The translations under genes were made by a program, and so were the position numbers. Below are positions 1 to 12,442 of a stretch of DNA of 64,000 bases, in pieces. Under the pieces are notes generated by a model. That model had not been told where the DNA came from and made no database searches. It was given only the letters and a program-made list of their open reading frames with translations. The DNA is taken from positions 177,198,001-177,262,000 of the forward strand of contig CM059425.1 in the NCBI GenBank assembly GCA_030390025.1, in the 5' to 3' direction. Positions within the stretch are counted from its first letter, which is position 1. Each line of letters opens with the position of its first letter. The DNA is from Squalus acanthias. Its lineage: Eukaryota.

Positions 1-140
1 CCAGGGAGATGGTGGAAAATTCTACAAAATTTCAAGTTAGTGCCCTCCTTAAGCAGAATGCAGTGTGAAGGGTTAGTTGTGCAATTCTTAATTTTAGAAA
101 GTGAAGACTGTGTTGTTGCTCAAGGAAGAAAATAGAATGG

Positions 141-334
141 TACCTTGCCTGTCCTGGTTAAGTCATTGAACTTCTCCCAGAACAGGCCACAGTTCTGGGG
201 ATGAGTGTGCCAGTGCTACCTCTCTGCACGTGCCATAAAACATGTTTTTTTGCAAGTTAATCCCATGGAGACCGAGCAATCTTTCTCTCAATTGCTCAAT
301 GTCGTTGAGGAGGATTTGGAGGTCAGCCTCATTT
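141..334 (-). pseudogene. Decayed Harbinger Myb/SANT-like exon 1 remnant (upstream part continues at about 1615-1700 beyond the CR1 insertion)
   Basis: Translates NEADLQILLNDIEQLRERLLG... and KFNDLTRTGK followed by a GT donor, matching the other SANT exon-1 copies in the window. Confidence 0.6.
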
Positions 335-336
335 GA

Positions 337-1608
337 ACATAAGAAATAGGAGCAGGAGTAGGCCATACTGCTCTGCAATTCAATAAGATCATGGCTGATC
401 TTCTACCTCAACTCCACTATCCCCATATCCCTCGATTCCCTTTATATCCAAAAATCTATCGATCTCTGTCTTGAAAATACTCAACGATGGAGCATCCACA
501 GCCCTCTGGGGGTAGAGAATTCCAAAGATTCACCACTCTCTGAGTGAAGAAATTTCTCCTCATCTCAGTCCTAAATGGCCAACTCCTTATCCTGAGATTG
601 TGACCCCTGGTTCTAGACTCCCCAGCCAGGGGAAACATCCTCCCTGCATCTACCCTGTCAAACCCTGTAAGAATTTTGTATGTTTCAATGAGATCACCTC
701 TCATTCTTCTAAACTCTAGAGAATATAGGCCGAGTCTACTCAATCTGTCCTCATAGGACAATCCTCCATCCCAGGAATCAGTCTGGTGAACCTTCGTTGC
801 ACTCCCTCTAAGGCAAGTATATCCTTCCTTGGGTAAGGAGACCAAAACTGTGCACAGTACTCCAGGTGTGATCTCACCAAAGCCCGATATAATTGCAGCA
901 AGACTTTCTTATTCCTATACTCCAACCCCCTTGCAATAATGGCTAATGTTCCATTTGCTTTCCTAATTGCTTGCTGTACCAGCATGTTAACTTTCTGTGA
1001 TTCATGTACAAGGACACCCAAATCCCTCTGAATAACAACATTTAGTAATCTCTCACCTGCTAAAAAATATTCTTCTTTTCTATTTTACCTACCAAAGTGG
1101 ATAATTTCACATTTCCCCACATTATACTCCATCTACCACCTTCTTGCCCATTCACTTAACCTGTCTATATCCCTTTGCAGCCTCTTTGTGTCCTCCTCAC
1201 AGCCTCTGTGTCCTCCTCACAGCTTTACTTTCCCACCTAGCTTTGTATCATCAGCAAACTTGGATATATTACACTCGGTCCCTTCATCTAAGTCATTGAT
1301 ATAGATTGTAAATAGCTGAGGCCCAAGCACTGATCGTTGCGGTACCCCACTAGTTACAGCCTGCTAACCTGAAAATGACCCGTTTATTCCTACTCTCTGT
1401 TTTCAGTCCATTAACCAATCCTCAATCCCATGAGCCCTAATCTTGTGTAACAACCTCTTGTGTTGCACTTTATCGAATGTCTTTTGAAAATCCAAATATA
1501 CTACATCCATTGGTTCCCCTTATCCACCCTACTAGTTACACCCTCAAAAAACTCTAATAGATTTGTCAAACACGATTTACCTTTCATAAAATCGTGTTGA
1601 CTCTGCCT
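337..1608 (-). mobile_element. CR1 LINE, 5'-truncated (RT C-terminus and 3' UTR)
   Basis: ORFs with LYRALVRSHLEYCAQFWSP, RRMRGDLIETYKIL, FFTQRVVNLWNSLP; CR1 3' end GGCCTACTCCTGCTCCTATTTCTTATGTT; flanked by ATTTGA at 331-336 and 1609-1614. Confidence 0.92.
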
Positions 1609-2309
1609 ATTTGAGATGCTGGAAATCTGAGCTGCTCTTCTGTTCGTCTTTCCAATGCCTTTGTCCCTTCTTCAGCTCCTCCAGTTGAAGAGACTCTTGA
1701 AAAGTGAGGCAAAATCACACATGATCCACCCAGTGCAGCTACCTGACAGTCAACTCAGTGAGCTCAACACTTTCCTACTTACCTGCTGCTCCCCCAGTTT
1801 GCTGCTGCAATCTGCAGCCAGACTTGGCTTTTAAAAGACTGCACTATAATCTCCAAGCACCCCCAGCACAATATCTCCCATTTTATACAGGGTTTGTATC
1901 AGAGAACTGCCAAAGGATGCTTAAATGAGCTGAACTCTGCAACTTATTGTTGATTTAACTCTACAGAACATTGGCAAATCTAGTGAAATTCACCGTGCGG
2001 AATTTCGGACTAATGTGTGCATTTCTAGAGACCATGTAATACACTGCACTGCAAATAGCCGTCTGCATAACCAATATGCATGTATCTCTATGTATGTTAC
2101 TATAAGACAGCTAGGAGAAAGATGGTGCAATACTAGCCAGACATCCTGTAGCTGGAATACTATTGTTGTCAAGGGGCTCCATTATAGACACATTAATACA
2201 CCGGGACAGACACACACTCAGTAAATTCTCTCAGCTCCGACCTCCATCAACAGCTCTGAGGTAATCTCAAGTCAAAACAGAAAACACGAAGTGCAAATCA
2301 TGTTTTTTT

Positions 2310-3003
2310 TAATTCATTCACAGGATGTGGGTGTCGCTGGCAAAGCCAGCATTTATTGCCCATCCCTAATTGCCCTTGAGAAGGTGGTGGAGAGCCACCT
2401 TCTTGAATGGCTGCAGTCCATGTGGTGAAGGTACTCCTGCAGTGCTGTTAGGAGTTCCAGGATTTTGACCCAGCGACGATAAAGGAACAGCGATATATTT
2501 CCAAGTCAGAATGGTGTGTGACTTGGAGGGGAACTTGCAGGTGGTGGTGTTCCCATGCGCCTGCCTGCTGTCCTTTTAGGTGGTAGAGGTTGCGGGTTTG
2601 GGAGGTGCTGTCGAAGAATCCTTGGCGAGTTGCTGCAGTGCATCTTGTAGATGGTGCACACTGCAGCCACGGTGCGCCGGTGGTGGAGGGAGTGAATGTT
2701 TAAGGTGGTAGATGGGGTGCCAATCAAGCGGGCTGCTTTGTCCTGGATGGTGTTGAGCTTCTTGAGTGTTGTTGGAGCTGCACTCATCCAGGCAAGTGGA
2801 GAGTATTCCATCACCCTCCTTACTTGTGCCTTGTAGATGGTGGAAAGGCTTTGGGGAGTCAGGAGGTGAGACACTTGCTGCAGAATACCCAGCCTCTGAC
2901 CTGCTCTTGTAGCCACAGTATTGATGTAGCTGGTCCAGTTAAATTTCCGCTTAATGGGATGTTGATGGTTGGGGATTTGGCGATGGTAATGTCGTTGAAT
3001 GTC
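2310..3003 (-). mobile_element. LINE 3' fragment (CR1/L2-group, second family)
   Basis: ORF LSTIYKAQVRRVMEYSPLAW...LNTIQDKAARLIG (RT C-terminal region); the same 3' end recurs at about 18850-19015 and 60410-60520. Confidence 0.8.
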
Positions 3004-3368
3004 AACTGAAAGACAAAGGCAGGTTAATGTTTCTTTCTCTTGGAGATACTGATGAACCTGCCATGTATTTCCAGCATCTCCTGTTTTAATTTCAGATTTC
3101 CAGTGCTTGTAGCTTTTCTATTTATTTATTTTGTGAGGAAATTAATTGGTAGAAGAATTTTGTGGGGAAAGGTCAGGAAGTTACAATTAGTCAGTTTATT
3201 ATGTGCACACCCACGCACACACCTACACCTATATATACCGGTAATGCCGTCAAAAGTCAAGGAATAGCAGCAACTGAAAGACAACGCTAGGTTAATGTTT
3301 TGTTTTTCCTGGAGTTACTGAAGAACCTGCTATGTATTTCCAGCATCTACTGTTTTAATTTCAGATTA
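3004..3368 (+). repeat. Two diverged direct copies (about 3004-3110 and 3271-3368) of a decayed Penelope pseudo-LTR-like sequence
   Basis: AACTGAAAGACAA...GGTTAATGTTT...GAACCTGCYATGTATTTCCAGCATCT.CTGTTTTAATTTCAGATT occurs twice; similar to 56550-56640. Confidence 0.55.
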
Positions 3369-4036
3369 TTTATTTAATTGGTTTCACCATTTACATGAAA
3401 AACAGTAACAAGAGAAACAAATAATGTTATACCTTCAGCATAAGATTTGTGATATTAAGGTGTCCATAGTTTGGTAAAAGTCGACACAACCCCTTGAACT
3501 GCACTGAAAATTATTTAAATTAATTATGGTCTTTCATTATATTTTGATTTAAATGTCGGGGGCTATATTGGGCCGTGTAGCACCTGTTTTTTAGGCGTTA
3601 CGCGGCCAAATAAGACTTGAAAACGGGTTCTGAGATGCATACACACATTTCTGATGGGAATTGCGCAGAACGCCATCTTGGTTAAATGGTGTGCGCGCAC
3701 ACTCCTAACAACCGTCGGCAGCATTCAGAGCAGCGAGATGATGCCACGAATCCAACGCCACACTCCAGCCAACCTTGCACAGCTGAACACGACGTTAAAC
3801 GAAGTGAAGGACCGGCCCCACCCCCTCCCCCCACCAGCTCTACTCCGAGGGATCATGAACTCCTTACAGGTTAGTTGCTGGACTAATTCTTCTGGCCGCT
3901 GGTGTACTTATACGCGTTTTTAGCGGTTTCCTATACTTGGCTGAAGTTTGAATACTCCGCAGGGAGTGGTCTGGCTGGTCTTGTGGTACTTTATTTGTCA
4001 AATAAAATATTGTGCTGAAAAGAGTTGCTCCAAGAC

Positions 4037-5070
4037 ATGGGTAGACTAGTAGGCCTTCATCTTGGAATTGAGCATGACTGGGAGAATGAAGAGTGCAGGA
4101 GAAGCTGCTAGAAGAGGGAGGAGGGAGAGGAGGGCATTCACCAAGTGGCTATATCCGCCGAGGGTCTTCAGGGAGCAATTCTCTTACCTCAACTTCAGCG
4201 AGGACCAGTGCATGAGATGCCTTTGGTTCACAAAAGAAGTTGTGAGTGTATTCTGTCAACTGCTGCAGCCACAACTACAGCCTCAAAGGAGGGCAAGGAC
4301 AGAATTGCCTGTGGCTGTCAAGGTGACCGTGGCTCTTAATTTTTATGCATCTGGTTCCTTTCAGGCTGCTGCTGGAGATACAAGCAATATCTCGCAGTTT
4401 GCAGAACACTGCTGTATAGGGGAGGTCACTGAGGCTCTCTACACAAAGAGAAACACATCCATCTCATTCCCTCTTGCCAGAGACAAGCACGCAGAGCGAG
4501 CATGAAGGTTTGCATGGATTGCAGTCTCCCCCATGGTGCAGGGTGCCATTGACTGCACATTGCCTGTGCGTACCTCATGTGAACTCGCCCATCTTCATTA
4601 ACTGAAAGGGATTCCACTCCCTCAATGTGCAGCTGGTGTGCGACCACAGGCAGTGCATCATACAGACAAATGCCCGTTATCCTGGCAGCAGTCACGATTC
4701 TTTCATTCTGTGGCAGTCCTCTATTCCACCGATATTTGAACCAGCACGGCAAATCAAAGGCTGGCTATTGGGCGACAAGGGTTATCCCTCATGACATGGC
4801 TCATGACTCTGGTCAGGAACCCATGCACACATGCACAACAGGCCTACAATGAGAGCCATGTTGCCACAAGGAACATTATAGAGCACATCATTGGCGTCCT
4901 CAAGTAATGCTTCTGCTGCCTGGACCACTCTGGAGGAGCCCTGCAGTACTCAACTGAGCAGGTCTCAAGATTTGTCATAGTATGCTGCATGCTGCACAAC
5001 CTTGCCATCATGAGGGAACAGCCCTTGCCACCACCTATCAGGCGAGAAGCTGAGGAGGAGGAGGAGGAAG
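4037..5070 (+). pseudogene. Harbinger (HARBI1-like DDE) transposase, disrupted
   Basis: YPPRVFREQFSYL, LPVAVKVTVALNFYASGSFQ, GAIDCT, SLNVQLVCD, GSSHDSFIL, LLGDKGY, HNLAIMR motifs across frameshifts and stops. Confidence 0.9.
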
Positions 5071-5089
5071 CTCAGTTTCACTCTCTGAC

Positions 5090-5505
5090 TAGTGGCTGTG
5101 AGTATAAAATTGAGTGAAGGTCTCTCTTCATCTTCACTGTCTTCTTCCTCTTTTTCCTTTGACTGGGAAGGTTCCAGCTCTTCGGTATCTGAAATGAAAA
5201 AGGAACATGGGTTGGGTTGTGGTGAGGGTAGAGGAGAAAGTAAGAAGTGTATGCTTACACCATCTGCAGCTTGTGAGGTCCGAAGAGATTGTGGGATGAG
5301 GGAGAAATGGGAAGAGAGAAAGAGGATTAGGTATGCAGATACCCTCATCATCAATTCCTCCAGTGCCACCAGTGGCCACGGCCTCAGTGATGCCCCTTCC
5401 CATGATGACCAGCATTGTCTCTTCCATGGGGGTTAAAACGTGCAGGCATGCTTGTTCTCTTCCAGTTGTTTCCTGCTGCCTCCTATTATGTGCCACCTTC
5501 TCCTG
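5090..5505 (-). pseudogene. Harbinger SANT-gene exons 2-3 remnant
   Basis: CAG|EKVAHNRRQQETTG...LTPMEE...IDDE|GT, same architecture as 20333-20492. Confidence 0.7.
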
Positions 5506-5767
5506 CAAGAAAGAGGGAAGTGTGTCAGTGAGTGTCCTGCAATATGTTTGGGAGATGTGGCTGTCATGGATGAATAGCTGCCAGTATGTGCAAGCTGTGA
5601 GTTGTGGGCGCAAGGCTTGTAACAGTGATAAATGTGTGAGGGTGAATTGAAGGCTTGAGTACTGATTGATGGAGATGTTTGGTCGGTGGGTGATGGGGGT
5701 ACAGTTGGTAGGATATGCTATTTGTTGACGATTGAACTCCCTCACCTTGACAAACCACTCAGTTGTA

Positions 5768-6050
5768 TCAAACGGCTATGAAAAACAATAATAAGAATAA
5801 AACCAGGCGGACCACCCGGCATTGACCTAGGCACCGGATTCGGACACGACAATGGCACACCCAGCCCTGTTGACCCTGCAAAGTCCTCCTCACTGACATC
5901 TGGGGAATTGTGTCAAAATTGGGAGAGCTGTCCCACAGACTAGTCAAGCAACAACCTGACATAGTCATACCCACAGAATCATACCTTGCAGCCAATATCC
6001 CAGACTCCTCCATCGCCATCCCTGGGTATGTCCTGTCCCATCGGCAGGAT
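5768..6050 (+). mobile_element. LINE 5' fragment with start of APE endonuclease
   Basis: KLGELSHRLVKQQPDIVIPTESYL...IPGYVLSHRQDR. Confidence 0.7.
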
Positions 6051-6061
6051 CGGGGTCCCCC

Positions 6062-7250
6062 TTGCTCGGGGTCCCCCTTGCTCTGCATGATGATTTCGAG
6101 GAGGAGTTGAGGCCAGGCAGTGCAGCATCAGCTGCTGCAGGAGAGAGGGACAGGAGGGAACAGGAAGGCGAGTTGGGCTCTCAGCAGGAAGCCCTATCTA
6201 CCCAGGGTTTTCAGAGAGCAGTACTCCTACAATCACATGACCCAACACCAGTGCACGAGGAGGCTGCGCTTTATCAAGGAGGTCATTACAGATAACTGTT
6301 TCATCGTAGAGCGAAGACTCAGACGTCGCAGCACAGCCAGGACTGCATTGCCTGTGCCAGTCAAGGTCCCAGCAGCACTTAATTTTTATGCTACTGGAGC
6401 CTGCCAAGCTGCCACAGGTGATATAAGTCACATATCCCAATCCTCTGTGCACTTTTGCATAAGGGAGATATCTACGGCTCTATACGCTCTGAGGAATGAC
6501 TATATATCATTCCCTATTGCCAGAGAAGACCAGAGGCAGAGAGCACTAGGACTCAACAGGATTGTGGGATTTCCCCATGGTCCAAGGAACCATTGACTGT
6601 ACACATGTGGCCATATGAGCCCCTCATTTAAACTCTGAGGTGTTTAGGAACAGGAAGGAATTCCATTCCCTCAATGTGCAGCTTGTCTGCGACAACTGGC
6701 AGCGCATCATGCAGGTGAATGCCTGCTATCCAAGGAGCTGCCACGCTGCATTTATAATGAGACAGTCATCTGTCCCACAAATCTTTGAGCCTCAACGCAA
6801 TGTGCATGGCTGGCTACTAGGTGACAAGGGATACCCTCTGATGCCATGGCTCATGACTCCCCTGAGAAACCCACAGACACCAGCTCACCCAATGAGAGCC
6901 ACTCTTCCACCGGGAATATCATTGAGCAGACTATTGGGGTCCTCACGCAGAGATCTAGAATCCTTGACTGGTCAGGAGGTGCCCTGCATTACCCAGCCGA
7001 GAAGATGTCCACATTCGTGGTGATTTGCTGCATAGGCCACAATCTGGCGATCATGAGAGACCAGCCGTTACCACCAGCAATTGTGCCAGAGAGTCAAGTT
7101 CAGGAGCCACAAGAGGAAGAGGAGGAAGAGGAGGAAGAGGAGGAAGAGGAGGAAGAGGAGGGGGGCAAGGGGACGCACCAGTGGCTTCCAAGTAGACGAG
7201 CCGCACCTGGGAGGGACGCTCGCTGCCATCTAATTGAAGAGCGCTTTTGA
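6062..7250 (+). pseudogene. Harbinger transposase of element H2, disrupted
   Basis: RVFREQYSY, ALNFYATGACQ, NRKEFHSLNVQLVCD, WLLGDKGYPLMPWLMTP, IIEQTIGVL, poly-E tract, ends RDARCHLIEERF*. Confidence 0.9.
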
Positions 7251-7509
7251 GAGACGTACTCCACCATCAGACTCCAGAGCACTGTTGCCACATGATGCAC
7301 CTTCATGACTTAGGATCCATCAGGCAGTCCATCATCTGCACTCAATCCTTTCAAACCCTTCCCCATGAAGATCACAATAAAAAAGCCCACCGATTCCACC
7401 ATTACCCAATTACCATAATCACTGTTATATACATCAAAAACAAAATATGTAAACATGATCGAAGCAATATCACTTAAAAATATTGAACTCTTCACCCTGG
7501 TGCTTACCG

Positions 7510-8592
7510 TTAGTGGCTATCTATAAGTGCTCTTGAGTAATCTGGTGCTTCTACGAAGTACAACCCCAGTGGCAGCAGTAGGCTAGGTGGATGGCTGCTG
7601 AGAATCTGAAGAGGCCAGTTCAGACGTCCTCCTGGGATGCCCTGAAGAGGCTGTGGGCTGTGTTGGCCCCACCTCAGACTGCACCATCTCAGCACAGGCT
7701 TCAGCAGTCTGGGCCACCTGCCTGACAGGCAATGGCAAGGGCAATGGTGGAGTGGCGGGGGAGGGAGCAGCAATGCTGGCATCTGGAGAGGGGCCAGTAG
7801 GTTCGTGCTCCATGATTCCCACGCCACTACCTCGGGGCCTCTGTTCACCCACCCAGTGATCTGGTGCAGGACAGATCTGTGGGCATCGGAGACACTCTGC
7901 AAGCCTCTTTCAACCGAGGAGCCCCGAGCCACAATGGCAGCTGCCTGAGCTTCCATTGCAACAGTTTGCCATTTCATGGAAGCTGCAATGACTGCAGTGG
8001 AAGCTGCGACCTCAGTCATCAGATGCTACTTGATGTCGCGCTCCACAGGTCGCTGGCTGCAAGTCACCAGCCTCTTGACGCTGGAGTTGATGGGTTCCAG
8101 GCTCTGTGTCCAGCCACGGACCAAGGTGGAGGCGGACTCCTCCATCCTAGACACAATCTGTAGGCTTTCAGGCAGGCTCTCCATTGCACTAAGCATTTGG
8201 TTTATCGCACCCATTCACCTTCTTCTGGAGCTTGGTCCTGTGAGGACCTCACCTGACTCCTCTGCAGCAGAATTACTATGTGACCTTGCCCCCTGGAAAG
8301 CTAGCACCTGTGGTGTCCCTTCCACCCAGGGTTGCAGCTGCCCGCTATTGCCCGGTGTGTCCCACTGTGAGGATCCCTCTTCTAAGTTAGCCTCTAAGTT
8401 GTGCGTGGTGCAGGTCTCTGTGCTGATGCCTGCGACAGTGGTGACCATTGATGCAGTCCATTTGTCCTCACTCTCCTCCTCCTCCTTGCTCACCTCCACC
8501 TCTTCCTCTTTTTCCAGAGGGCGAGGCGACTGTTGTTCTTCCTGAACCTGCTCCACAGGGTGAGGTGGATCTTGCTCCTGAGAGCCTGCCAT
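7510..8592 (-). pseudogene. Last exon of the H2 Myb/SANT-like gene (low-complexity/coiled-coil C-terminus)
   Basis: LPESLQIVSRMEES, MEAQAAAI...SSVERGLQSV; homologous to 20900-21590. Confidence 0.65.
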
Positions 8593-8726
8593 GATGAAGC
8601 TGGAAGGATTAGAGTGCAGTGTGTGTGGCCACTATAAGAGGATGAGACCATATGGAGCTTGGGAGTGAGGATAGCTTTGGGTCATTTGGGATCAGGAAGC
8701 TGCAGTGGCCACAACTTCTCTTCTTA

Positions 8727-9156
8727 AACATAGAAACATAGAATCTAGGAGCAGGAGTAGGCCATTCGGCCCGTCGAGCCTGCTCCGCCATTCAATACGA
8801 TCATGGCTGATCATCCAAATCCAGTACCCTGTCCCTGCTTTAATCCCCACAGTACTCATATCCCACCCTACCCCCGTAACCCCATGTATTTAATTCCCCC
8901 TAACATATCCCATCCTATCCCCGTAACCCCACATATTTAATCCCCCCTAACACTAAGGGTCAATTTATCATAGCCAAATCAACCTAACCCACACATTTTT
9001 GGACTGTGGGAGGAAACCGGAGCACCCGGAGGAAACCCACGCAGACACGGGGAGAATGTGCAAACTCCACACAGACAGTCACCCGAGGTCAGATTCGAAC
9101 CCGGGTCTCTGGCGCTGTGAGGCACCAGTGCTAACCACTATGCCACCGTGTTGCCC
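8727..9156 (-). mobile_element. V-SINE (HE1-like): tRNA-derived head, V-domain, CR1-derived tail
   Basis: A/B boxes TGGCATAGTGG and GGTTCGAATC; GTGGAGTTTGCACATTCTCCCCGTGTCTGCGTGGGTTTCCTCCGGGTGCTCCGG core; near-perfect TSD ACTT(C)TCTTCTTA inside the RTE tail. Confidence 0.9.
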
Positions 9157-9326
9157 ACTTTCTTCTTAGGCAATCCCTCGGAACCGAGGATGACTTGCTT
9201 CCACACTAAAAATGAGTTCTCAGGTGACTGATGAGTCCAATGCGGGACCTACAGTCTCTGTCACAGGTGGACAAAAATGAGAAGTCGCACAACACCAGGT
9301 TATAGTCCAACAGTTTTATTTAATAT

Positions 9327-9361
9327 TACGAGCTTTCGGAGCTCCGCTCCTTCTTCAGGTA
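9327..9361 (-). ncRNA. Minimal type-I hammerhead ribozyme motif (inverted pseudo-LTR copy)
   Basis: TAC-CTGAAGA-A-GGAGC(GGA)GCTCC-GAAA-GC-TC-GTA on the minus strand. Confidence 0.7.
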
Positions 9362-9789
9362 CAGGTACAGTGAGGGAATCGATTACACAGTATATATACA
9401 CAGAGAACAATGTGTCTGCAGAGATACAATCTGTTAGGGAGGCATTACATCAAAGACACACCAGAGTACAGCTAAGACAATGAGGTGGGTCACAGGGGGT
9501 CCAACGTGTCAAATGCTGCCGTCTGCAGTTAAGCTTTTAACTTTTTTTTAAAAACTGGAAAAACAGACAACGATGTCGAGTCACGTTCTGTAGCGTGACA
9601 TGAACCCGAGATCCCTGTTGAGGCTGTCCTCATGGGTGCGGAACTTGGCTATCAGTTTCTGCTCGATGATTTTGCGTTGTCGTGTGTCTCGAAGGCCGCC
9701 TTGCAGAACGCTAACCCGCAGATCCGAGGCTGAATGTCCTTGACTGCTGAAGTGTTCCCCGACTGGGAGGTAACAATCCTGCCTGGCGA

Positions 9790-11545
9790 CTATTGCAAAG
9801 AAGCATACCGACAACTGGACAACCAGGAACACTACAGACAGTTATCCACAGATCCGACCAAAGAACACACCCGCCAACTCAATAGACTGATCAAGACCTT
9901 CGATCCAGACCTTCAAAGCATCCTACGTGCTCTCATCCCACGTACTCCCCGCGTAGGAGACTTCTACTGCCTCCCAAAGATACACAAAGCCAACACACCC
10001 GGACGTCCTATCGTATCAGGCAACAGAACCCTGTGTGAGAACCTCTCTGGGTACATCGAGGGCATCCTGAAACCCATCGTACAGGGAACCCCCAGCTTCT
10101 GTCGCGACACTACAGACTTCTTACAGAAACTCAGCACCCATGGACCAGTTGAACCAGGAACACTCCTCGCCACGATGGACGTATCGGCACTCTACACCAA
10201 TATCCCCCACGATGACGGCATCGCTGCGACAGCCTCAGTACTCAACACCAACAACAGCCAATCTCCAGACATCATCCTACAACTCATCCACTTCATCCTT
10301 GACCACAATGTCTTCACCTTCGACAACCAGTTTTATACCTAAACACACGGAACAGCCATGGGGACCAAATTCGCACCCCAATACGCCAACATCTTCATGC
10401 ACAAGTTCGAGCAAGACTTCTTCGCTGCACAGGACCTCCAACCAACGCTGTACACCAGATACATTGACGACATCTTCTTCCTTTGGACCCACGGCGAAGG
10501 ATCACTGAAAGGACTACATGATAACATCAACAGGTTCCATCCCACCATCAAACTCACCATGGACTACTCCTCAGAATCAGTTTCATTCTTGGACACACGA
10601 ATCTCCATCAAAGACGGACACCTCAGCACTTCACTCTACCGCAAGCCCACGGACAACCTCACGATGCTCCACTTCTCCAGCTTCCACCCTAACCACGTTA
10701 AAGAAGCCATCCCCTATGGACAAGCCCTGTGAATACACAGGATCTGCTCAGACAAGGAGGAACGCGATGGACACCTACGGACGCTGAAAGACGCCCTCGT
10801 AAGAACGGGATATGATGCTCGATTCGTCGATCGACAGTTCCGACGGGCCACAGCGAAAAATCGCATTGACCTCCTCAGAAGGCGAACACGGGACACAACC
10901 AACAGAGTACCCTACGTCGTCCAGTACTTCCCCGGAGTGGAGAAACTACGCCATGTTCTTCGCAGCCTTCAACATGTCATCGATGACGACGAACACCTTG
11001 CTAAGGCCATCCCCACGCCTCCACTACTCGCCTTCAAGCAGCCGCCTAACCTCAAAAGTACCATCGTTCACAGCAAATTACCCAGCTGTCAGGAGAACAG
11101 CGACCACGACACCACACAACCCTGCCACGGCAACCTCTGCAAGACATGCCAGATCATCAACACAGATACCATCATCACACGTGAGGACACTACCCACCAG
11201 GTACATGGTACATACTCATGTGACTCGGCCAACGTTGTCTACCTCATACGTTGCAGGAAAGAATGCACCGCGGCATGGTACATCGGCGAGACCATGTAGA
11301 CACTGAGACAACGTATGAACGGACACCGCGCAACAATCGCCAGGCAGGATTGTTACCTCCCAGTCGGGGAACACTTCAGCAGTCAAGGACATTCAGCCTC
11401 GGATCTGCGGGTTAGCGTTCTCCAAGGCGGCCTTCGAGACACACCTCAATGCAAAATCATCGAGCAGAAACTGATAGCCAAGTTCCGCACCCATGAGGAC
11501 AGCCTCAACATGGATCTCGGGTTCATGTCACGCTACAGAACGTGA
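9790..11545 (+). pseudogene. Penelope RT + GIY-YIG endonuclease ORF: single frame, three premature stops
   Basis: FYCLPKIHK, GRPIVS, TMDVSALYTNIP, GTAMG, RYIDDIF, SFLD, LYRKPT, NVVYLIRC...YIGET...RMNGHR. Confidence 0.93.
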
Positions 11546-11763
11546 CTCGACATCGTTGTCTGCTTTTCCAGTTTAAAAAAAAAGTTAAAAGCTTAACTGC
11601 AGACGGCAGCATTTGACACGTTGGACCCCCTGTGACCCACCTCATTGTCTTAGCTGTACTCTGGTGTGTCTTTGATGTAATGCCTCCCTAACAGATTGTA
11701 TCTCTGCAGACACATTGTTCTCTGTGTATATATACTGTGTAATCGATTCCCTCACTGTACCTG

Positions 11764-11798
11764 TACCTGAAGAAGGAGCGGAGCTCCGAAAGCTCGTA
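11764..11798 (+). ncRNA. Minimal type-I hammerhead ribozyme motif in the Penelope 3' pseudo-LTR
   Basis: Stem I TAC/GTA, core CTGAAGA, stem II GGAGC/GCTCC, GAAA, palindromic stem III AGCT; predicted cut after C11795. Confidence 0.72.
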
Positions 11799-11814
11799 AT
11801 TTTAAATAAAACTG

Positions 11815-12442
11815 GCAGCCGGTAGCGCCCTGTGGCGCTGCGCCGCCGGCGATGACGTCATCGCCGTGCGCAGCACCCCGCTCGCGCCCCGGCCGTGATC
11901 TTCAGTCGCGCCCCCTGATTTACCGCCAGACGCTATGTCCGACGGGTTCAGGGAGGCGTACGTGCGGCCGGGGCGGCGATATTTAAAGGGGAGGTGGCAG
12001 GCAGCCATTTTTGTTGCTGGCCGCCTGCCAGCACCTGCCCCCGTTGCTGTCCCCGGCCCCCGTGAAGCCCCCCCACCGTGAAGTGCCGGCTGCGCTCCAA
12101 GAGCCCGGCACTTCTCTTGAGTGCCGGGCTCTTTTGCCGGCACTCCCGATCCCTGGGGGCCCAGCTGGGCCCCGGTTCGCGCTGCGCAGGGTCCCTCCCC
12201 TTTAAGAAGGGGAGGAAGGCCTGCAATACCGCGGCGCGACGTGCCGCAGCGCCACGTAGCGCCAGGATATTCACTCGCAGCGCCCCAAGAGGGATGCGGG
12301 GTGCTTCCAGTGGTGCCCCGCTTCCCTCTTGGGGCGCAACCACTGAAGTTCCGGCGCGGGGCCGCTAATTTTTTCGGGGCGCTAAAAGTCGCGCCCCGGC
12401 GAGGTTAGCGCCCCAAATGGGGCGCGACTCAATTTTTACCCC
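11815..12442. mobile_element. CpG-rich Harbinger-type MITE fragment inside the Penelope pseudo-LTR
   Basis: Interrupts AAATAAAACTG^TTGGACTATAACC, which is intact in the inverted copy; right end CAATTTTTACCCC resembles Harbinger TIRs. Confidence 0.6.

Larger units (their letters stand above)
3559..5765. mobile_element. PIF/Harbinger transposon H1 (right part truncated)
   Basis: GGGGCTATATTGG-type end, a transposase pseudogene on + and converging SANT-gene exons on -. Confidence 0.75.

Noticed and set aside
4062..4505. Domesticated HARBI1/NAIF1/MSANTD host genes
   Set aside because: All copies are multi-copy, TIR-associated and disrupted by stops or frameshifts
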